Shown piece by piece: positions 54,968-64,000 of a stretch of DNA of 64,000 bases (its first letter is position 1; each line of letters opens with the position of its first letter). Location of the stretch: NCBI RefSeq assembly GCF_009914755.1, contig NC_060936.1; one strand, written 5' to 3'. The notes beneath the pieces were generated by a model. That model was not told the origin of the DNA and did no database searches. It was given only the letters and a program-made list of their open reading frames with translations. Made by a program: the position numbers and the translations under genes. The stretch is from the human T2T-CHM13v2.0 reference genome, Homo sapiens.

Positions 54968-55352
54968 TGATATGGTTTGGCTCTGTATCCCCACCCAAAT
55001 CTCATGTTGAAGTGTAATCCCCACAGACAGGGGAGGGGACTGGTGGAAGGTGGTTGGATCATGAGGGCGGATTTCCTCCTTGCTGTTCTTGTGATAGTGA
55101 GTGAGTTCTCACAAGATCTGGTTGCTTGAAAGTGTGTAGCTCTTCTCCCTTTGCTCGCTCGCTCTCTCCTGCTGCCATGTGAAGACATGCTTGCTTCCCC
55201 TTCACCTTCTGTCATGATTGTAAGTTTCTTGAGGCCTCCTAGCCATGTTTCTTCTATAGTCTGTGGAATTTTGAGTCAATTAAACCTCTTTTCTTCAAAA
55301 ATAACCCAGTCTCAGGTAGTTCTTTACAGCAGTGTGAGAATGCACTAATACA
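54968..55352 (+). mobile_element. MSTA-type MaLR solo LTR
   Basis: TGATATGGTTTGGCTCTGTATCCCCACCCAAATCTCATGTTG...AATTAAACCTCTTTTCTT...CCCAGTCTCAGGTAGTTCTTTA...ACTAATACA. Confidence 0.92.
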
Positions 55353-55519
55353 CTATATAATCCCTGGTAGAAAACCAGTCAGAAACCAAAATTTCTGCAC
55401 TTTCTGAGAAATCAATGTCATCATTCTTGTTCTCACTTCAGTTTCACTTTCAGCTGATGTCCTGGCACACCCCTGGAGCCAATCAGACTGCCTCTTTCCT
55501 TTGACCCTTCCAAGCCACT

Positions 55520-55865
55520 TCACGCTCCACTTTGCCTTGCTCACCCTCTGGCCTCTCTCTTGCATCCACACATCCCCTGCTATCCTTTCACAATTTTATT
55601 CTTCAAGATTCATCTCAAAATCAAACTTCTCTACAGTGTTAACCCTCTACCTTAGTAGAATTCTTATTTCCCCTACCATCAATATCATGCAGTTTAGCAC
55701 CATCATGTATCTGTATTGTTCTCGATGGTGTCATATAAGTTTATCTGGTAGATTTTCAGCTTTACAAGAACAGTGCCCTTGTCTTGTGTTTTCTTTTCAT
55801 TCCCCACAGAATCCAGCACTAAGTATCATAATTGAATATCATACTTTACTAACAAACAAAAAGAA
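55520..55865 (+). mobile_element. L2 3' fragment
   Basis: TTAGCACCATCATGTATCTGTATTGT...TGTCTTGTG...TCCCCACAGAATCCAGCAC. Confidence 0.55.
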
Positions 55866-57577
55866 ATAATACCAAAGTGGAAATGAGACCTTCTAGCCCA
55901 AGCTCTGCCCTTTATCCACTGCATGACCTGAAGTGTTCACTTCTCTAGCCCTCATTTTCTTTATCAATAAAGCGCATTATTAAACCAGATTATAATAATG
56001 ATTATTGTTATTGGATACTATTTTCCAGACATGTAGATGTCATATAAATTCCTTTCATTTTAAAACAATGTTATTCAGTAAATTGAAAGACTGACTTTTG
56101 ATTTCACCATTCATATTATTCCAGGTTAAAAAGTAACTTCAGAGTTCTTGTTCTGGATGTTCCAGATGGAAGCTTGAGCACAGACAGAATCATCCCTATT
56201 CTTCTGCTTCTCTCACAGACATGATTAAAGACAGTATTTCAAGATATTGATTTATGTGTGGCTGGCTCAAAAAGAAGAGCAAAAAGGGGGCCAAAAGTAA
56301 AAGCAAAAAGACCAAAAAAAATTATGACGTATGTATCTCTTTAAAAAAGAAAGAAAGAAAGAAAGAAAGAAGCAGCATCAATACACAGAAAACTCAGAAA
56401 TGAATATAGGCTGACTTTGAGGTCCAGAGAACGCTGGAGATGGCACTGGGTGATACTGGAGGGCTTAGGGGCTGAGTCTGTGCAGCTTCTTCTGTAATGG
56501 TCATTATTTAAAGAGACAATACAGACAATGCATATGCAGTGCTTGCAGGTTAAAATAAAACGTAAACATGGGGTTAAAAAAAGGAGAAAAGGCAAATATG
56601 CCCAAAATATTTTCTAGTGGTGGTACTGTGAAAAATAGCTATTTTTCTTCTTTGTCCATTTATGTACTTTTTAAGTTAAAATACAGACAAATAACTACCA
56701 CCCCATCTCCTCATCTCATTGCTCTGTAGGTCTCTCCTTATGCCCTGAAATAATCGCCAAAGTACAAACAATCTGAGTGCTCAGCCCAACCTCGAGGTGG
56801 CTAAAGAACTAAAAACCAGGGCCTCAGGAATCAAATCTGAAACAGAAACAGTGGCCTCTTCCTGGTTGTCACTGGAATTGTCCTTGGCAAGATCGGGGTG
56901 TCATCTTTATGGCTCCTTGGTCTCTTCCTCCATGGAATTCTTATACAACAATACACACATTTTATAATTAAAAGCTAAAAACACACTGGCTTCTGTTTTT
57001 GAGTCATTTCATTGTTTTGATACCTTGTGGCAGGGCAGAGATGAATGAAAGACAGGCTGACCTAATCTAGTCTAAATATTCAGACCCCGGGAAGGGAATC
57101 CTCCTCAGCAGAATGCCAACCTATGTCTCTTAATTGCCTCAGCTCCTGATAGATTGGCTCTTACGCTCTTTGAATTCCTTTGTTGTGGAGGAGTTAAAAT
57201 TCATGAGCGTCCCATGCCTGGGAATACTTACTCCAGTGCTGCTATTTTCCTGAGCCAAGCTGGCCAACACCGCAAAAGAGTCGGAGGTCTGTTGGGCCAT
57301 CTGTTACATAATAGTCAACAATCTCAAAAATCTAAGGAAACAGGGAGGGGGAGAGCAAAGATGATGAAGCATTTAAACAGAACAGATTGCTGCCTTACTT
57401 ACAAGACAAAAAGGGAGAGATGATATGCTTTGATTGAGGCAGAGACAAGCTTTATTAGCATAGGGAACAAAACAAACTTTAAAAAAATGGCACCAATAAA
57501 GCTGAAAGTCTAAAGAGGCTTGGTGACAAACCCCATGTTGAATTGCAGGCCACAGAGGCCCCAAATGTGATTGGGAG

Positions 57578-57607
57578 ACACACACACACAGACACACACA
57601 CACACAC
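57578..57607. repeat. (CA)n microsatellite, interrupted
   Basis: Directly visible. Confidence 0.95.
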
Positions 57608-58144
57608 CATACAATGTACGCATTGCACACAGACATGCAACATCCCTGATGTATGAGTGAAACCACTGAAAAATTGCTGCTGTATTTAAAAGCTAAATAT
57701 AAGCCTGCACTAGAATATCAAATTTTGCAGACCTGGGAAAAGCACTTTGCCTTAACCATCTTCCAAGTAAATACCTTCAGCATAAGGTGAAAGGAGTCAA
57801 GGCCTACTTTGACTATACAAAGCCCAGGCCTTTCCATTTGCCTAGCAGACTCTCAAGCTCCCTGATTTAGCCACCTGTAATCTTTACTAAACACAGTTCA
57901 GTTTTTAGCAGTGACCTATAACATTTGACCTGAACAATACTGTTTCTAAAGGAGCGGAATAAAACTGGAGGTAACAAAGAATTAGAAAAAAAAAGAGAGA
58001 TTGGGGACAATTAGGGTGAGAGAAGAAATAGTGAAAGAAAGATAAGAAAATCTGGGAGATACATGTCAGTAAAGAACCCCAAATATAAGGCAATAATAAA
58101 GTGTCTTAAAAACCAGCTAGTTGGCAAACAAATATTAAGAGTTA

Positions 58145-58705
<561 letters not shown>

Positions 58706-60559
58706 TAAATGAACATTGAGACTCCCAAAATTAAAATAGAATGAACACAAATTAAAAAAACATAGAAACTAAAAACATCCTAGACATTTAAAAATGTCTA
58801 GGTATCCCTTTCATTTCTGTTTTCCTTTTACATGACATTGTCTCCAGATATGTAACTCAATGAAAGAAGCTGGTTAAAGGATGTGATTATCAAGTTTGAG
58901 TGACTAGTTTTGCTGTTGTTATTTCATTGATGTTATTTTGAAGTTGTTGTCTCTAGTGAACTAAAATTAATGAGATTGTTAAAGTCATAATTTGGTAAAA
59001 ATTTTGCCCAAAGTAGATTTTACTGTCACTTTCTTCCAAATGGACTCTCTCTGAGATGAACAACACAAATTCTTAATTCCTTCTCACAACTCACAAGCTG
59101 CTTCTTACAGATAACCACTTAAAAACAGAACAGCACAAAGAACAGTTTACAAACCCATATATTTCAGGGTGCTAATTTGGAATGGTTTTGGAATGTTTTA
59201 CCCCAGTCAAATTAGTTTTATCTGGTTTATTTCTCTTGCAAATCTTCAGTGGATCTACATAACTAAATTTGGTAGACTTAATTTTCACTGAGGACTGACC
59301 CCAAAGTTAAGTGCATCAGAGAGAGAGAGAGAAAAGAGAGTGACAGCTTCATTTTACCCACCTCTTTGAACTAAACTATAAAATGACAGTTTTTATTCTG
59401 TGATTGGAGAAATCAGACAGGAAAAGGAAATGCAGGGGGATAGCAGTCACTGTTAAAGGAAATCTAAAACCTCCATGTGAATTTCTCTATATGTCTCAAA
59501 GAGGGCTTTATCTCCATACTCAAGGCATTTTACATATAACTCAACTTGTGCAGCAAACTACCTTTTTCAGTAATAACTAACAGTAAAAATATAAACATAT
59601 ATATTTTAATCAAGTCCACCTAGAGTGTCCAAGACAAGTTTTTAATCATAAGGCATTGAATTTCAAAGAAAACATATGCAATTCTATTTAATATACAAAA
59701 CTGCATTGTGGGGAAGCCTCACAGCTCAAAACATGATCACACAAAGGGGGCAAGGTTGGAGGCTGGGGTTAGTTTAAAAATATCTGTCTCTGAGCAGCAC
59801 GTTTTACACTGGAACGTGACAGGCAAAAAGGTTATTGTCTGCAAGTTTTCACCTCAGGGAATAACTAGAAAGGGGAAAAAATGGGAAAGTACTTAAGCAA
59901 CTTTCTGCCTTTGAAAAAGCAAGTGCAGAATAGTAGACACTGTGGGGTGTCCTCTTTTCTAAGCCAGCGACAGCATTTCCAATACCCTGACCCATGAAAG
60001 GAGGCGTTGGGAGTTCAATGCTCACTAAATGGCTGGTTTGGAATCTAGAATTGGAAAATTAGTGGGTAGAAGTAGAAATAATTTATAAAAGCAAAATCTG
60101 GCAGAGGATCTGGAGGAGGCCAGGCTCCCTGACTGGTAGTTTATCTTCGGTAGCATTCCTAGTCTTTGTCACTCTTTCCTCTTTGCTCAGGTCATACCTC
60201 AGTTCTGAGGAGTCAGGGGGTTCTAGCAACCCAGGACAGTAGAAACTCACAAAACCAAGAAAACTCCTCTACTGTGGGTGTCAGAAACTTGCTTCCCCAC
60301 CCCCATTGCTGGGATTGTTTTTGCAGACTCATGGCAGACTTTTAAGGCCTCAATCCATTTATGTGAGAGGAATGAAAAGTCACCTCTCATTTTAAGAGTA
60401 CATCCAAAGGCTGCATAGTTCTAAGAAGTGTCTACAGAGTCTTTCTCTAATAGGAGAACAAGACTTTGAAGAATCTATCTAATGAAATCACAGGACTGTT
60501 TGGGGAAATTTTACTTAATTGTAATCTGTGAAACACAAACAAACCAAACACTGATTAAG

Positions 60560-60800
60560 AGCCAGATGGCCTGAGTATTAATCCCAGCTCTGCCATTTAC
60601 TATTTATGTACAATTGAACTGGATTTTTATATCTCTAGTCTCAGCTTTCCCATTTGCAAAATGGGGATAATAATACTATACTACGACTGCTGCTAATCAT
60701 CATTATTATTATCACAGGGTTATTTATGGTAAGGATCAAATAACATAACATAGCATATACCATAGTGCATCACAGATATTAAGTGTTTAATAATTACTTA
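60560..60800 (+). mobile_element. MIR SINE
   Basis: AATCCCAGCTCTGCCATTTACTA...TCTCAGCTTTCCCATTTGCAAAATGGGGATAATAATA. Confidence 0.85.
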
Positions 60801-60981
60801 ATAACTTCATTTCCCTATGTTTATCATTATTATTATCTTCCAGGTCTGAAAGAAAATATAAACTTGGGAGATGCCTATTTATGGGGAGACTCTTAGTTAA
60901 AGAGTCTTGGACAAGTACTTTTGTAGCTTGGCTTGAAATGCTTTACAGTAAGTTACTTTGGCTTCATTCTGTTAATAGAAA

Positions 60982-61079
60982 AAAAGAAGTCAGAGGAAAA
61001 AGAGGAGACGAGGAGAAAAAAGGTAAAAGAAAAAGAAGTCAGAGGAAAAAGAGGAGATGAGGAGAAAAAAGGTAAAAGA
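60982..61079. repeat. Tandem duplication, 2 x 49 bp, one mismatch
   Basis: AAAAGAAGTCAGAGGAAAAAGAGGAGA[C/T]GAGGAGAAAAAAGGTAAAAGA at 60982-61030 and 61031-61079. Confidence 0.97.
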
Positions 61080-61491
61080 GTGCATTTGTAGGCAACCTTG
61101 GCTGTGAATACAAAGCCTCTTTATCGCTCCAGAGGCTACTTGCAGTCACCTTAGCAAGACTGAGGAAAGTCCCATGGTGTTTTCCATCCATAAGCTATAT
61201 TTGAAATGCATGAGGTAAGTCCCTTAATGAAAAATGAGATATCGTAGAGGCAGAGAGTACAGTTTTCTGATGCCGCCGTGGGCTAGGCAAAGTAGGTGCT
61301 GGTATCAGCTTTCATCACTGCAAGGCAGTAAGAAAACTCTTCCAAAATGGATTTATTATACTTGAGAGTTGAGCTTTAATAGCGTCCTTGTAAATGATGC
61401 TAAAAAGAAGCTTTTTATGGGTGATATAATCTTGATGGGGGGAGGAGAAATTACTTAGAATTCACAACTTAAAACAATCACATCATCCATT

Positions 61492-61880
61492 TGTATGTAG
61501 CTGGAGTTGGCTGCTGGCCACGGAAAACGACTTGGGCAACTTAAGCAGAAAGGGATTTTGGGGAAGGGTATAGATACTGCTTGGGATGACTAGGCTTAGA
61601 ATGAGCAAAAACCATGGAAACTCTGGAGGGCTAAACCATTGCTGCTTGAGAGGCATAATTGACAACCATCTTTTATATCATTGTGTCCTTCCCTCAAGAT
61701 TCAAAATCCCAGGAAAGCATATCTGATTGGCAAAGTCCTAGTCATGTGATCTACCCTGGATATATTGGGGCTGTCCTGTCTTCAGTAGACATCATCTTTT
61801 CCCATGACTACACACAATGAGGGATTATCTAGAAAAGCAATCAGGATGCTATAAGGGTTAGTATTGAATATTGGAGAGTC
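61492..61880 (-). mobile_element. MLT1K/L-type MaLR LTR (old)
   Basis: CAACTTAAGCAGAAAGGGATTT...CTCAAGATTCAAAATCCCAGG...ATCTGATTGGC...GTCATGTG. Confidence 0.7.
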
Positions 61881-62129
61881 CCCGTCTCCCCAAAAAACTC
61901 AAACTTTTATACTGTACTTTTTAAAGCATTTCGAACTGTTTAGATTTTAACTCTGTTATTTCTAATTATGGCTACTATCTTTCCCACATTTAAAATAATC
62001 CTATTCTTACTCCACAAAGGTAATTCTTAAGAGTTCTGACTTTTCTAGTTCCAGTTCCAGTTCAGTTGCTCTTTGTCAATCTCAAAGAGCCCTTTAGAGA
62101 AAAAGTAGAGATACTCATGGCCATTGACA

Positions 62130-62940
62130 GAGATGTTACAGTTCAGGCTCACCTTCATCACTTTGAAAAAGATGAACTAAAATTATCTTTTCTATGAAAT
62201 TGACCAACATAAAAATAGAATGATAACAAGTGGTGGTGAGGGTTTAGCAAATCACTCTCATACATTATTGGTAGAAGATTAAATTGATACAGCCTATGCC
62301 ATGAGCAATTTGACATTACGTATCAAAAGCCTTAAAATGTTCACATCCTCTAACTTATTAACATCATCTCTAGAAATTTGCCATAAAGGGAAAAAATAGT
62401 GTAAACACAAAGATGTTATGAAAATGTTTATTACAACATTGTATATAATTGTGAAAAATTAGAAACCACAAAAATATTCAACAAAAGTGAACTGGATGAA
62501 TAAACTATGGTACATCAAAATGATGAAATACTTTGCAATCATTGAAAGATGTTATGGAATTGTGTTTGTTAACATTATAGATATGTAAAATATGTTGTTG
62601 AACAGAAAAAAAACAGAGTCCAAACAATATGTAAAGTATGGTGACCTTTTGATTTAAAAACATGGATATAGAGTTTGTGTGAATTTTCGTATACATATAT
62701 ATATAGAGAGAGAGAGAGAGAAAGAGAGAAAGAGAGAGAGGGAGAAAACCATCTGGGAGGTTATACATCAAAATGCTAATGCTAATCTAGAGTGGCAAGA
62801 TTATGGGTGGTTTTTATGCTTTTACTTGTGTTTTCTGTTTTTTTTGTCTTTATGTAATACATACTACAATAATATATATCTCCATACATATTATGTAATT
62901 AAAACATAATAAAAGTTATTTATAAGGTTTTTTACATTAA
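62130..62940 (+). mobile_element. L1ME 3' region with internal (TA)n(GA)n repeat at ~62695-62745
   Basis: CACTCTCATACATTATTGGTAG...GCAATTTGACA...AAAGATGTT...TAAACTATGGTACATC. Confidence 0.8.
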
Positions 62941-62950
62941 GAAAACATAG

Positions 62951-63428
<478 letters not shown>

Positions 63429-64000
63429 TCACAGATAATATATCAGAAAATGTGTGCATTACAGTAAGTTGTGCTTTTTAACAATTGAAAACAACCTTAT
63501 ATTTTTATGAGACAAAGAACAATGTTATTTCGTATATCTTTTTTCACAATATGAGGCTAGCACATTTTTCCCCAAAGATTATCTACCAATTGTGGTTTGC
63601 ATAAACCACTGGGTAATGGGAAATGGGGAGCTTCATTTGGCCATGGGAAGAAGATGAGAAAACTCCTGCATTTTGACAAAATAACAGAAAGCCTACTTAG
63701 GTACCAAGAATGCTTCAGCCTGAAGGCCACTGAGGCATGGCCCATGGAAGAACTCAGTAGATAAAGCAGCAAGAAAAATGGTCCAGACCCTCATTTCTAT
63801 AAGGGCAATGTAGGCTCATGGAGCATACTTAAGAAGGCCCGTAAGTATACAAAAGATACATTCACGTATAGAAGCTCAGGATTAACATTGTAAACTTTTT
63901 ATTTAAATTAAGCCTTTATAGTAGCTTTTACAGACAAGGAGGCCTATAAAAATGCAGGAAAAAAGCACTAATATATTTCTCTGTGCTGTGGTTAAAATTA

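Noticed and set aside
56430-56810. CTCF-like cores GGAGATGGCAC and CCTCGAGGTGGCT
   Set aside because: Several mismatches at informative positions; not supportable without ChIP data

Overview
Primate (most likely human) AT-rich, CpG-depleted non-coding DNA, either a long intron or an intergenic desert. I cannot support any protein-coding exon, RNA gene or processed pseudogene. The listed ORFs are Alu-, L1-, MIR-, LTR- or microsatellite-derived, or short chance frames. Roughly half of the window is recognisable transposon debris. This includes about 11 Alus (J, S and Y types), many MIR and L2 fragments, and two long + strand L1s: an L1ME-type element at ~21.5-27.4 kb and a TSD-bounded, internally deleted L1MA4-type element at 48.9-54.9 kb. 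It also includes solo MaLR/ERVL LTRs (MLT1F, MLT1H, MLT1D/E, THE1D, MSTA, MLT1K/L, LTR16A) and hAT-Charlie elements (MER119, MER107, MER20 x2, MER5A, MER33), often nested. Repeat subfamily names come from recalled consensus sequences and boundaries of old repeats are approximate. The most interesting unique sequence is 16.9-17.5 kb: locally CpG-enriched, packed with short hairpins and SOX/E2F/homeodomain/GATA/AP-1 motifs, and carrying a well-formed candidate exon. It is a candidate enhancer or structured ncRNA. Other notable items are intact DUX4 motifs in two LTRs, a pre-miRNA-sized hairpin, a candidate recursive splice site, a possible MER20 exon, a micro-Alu with a perfect 15-bp TSD, a 3'-deleted AluY and a young 49-bp duplication. 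I see no evidence for a novel multi-gene system; regulatory calls are motif-level hypotheses.
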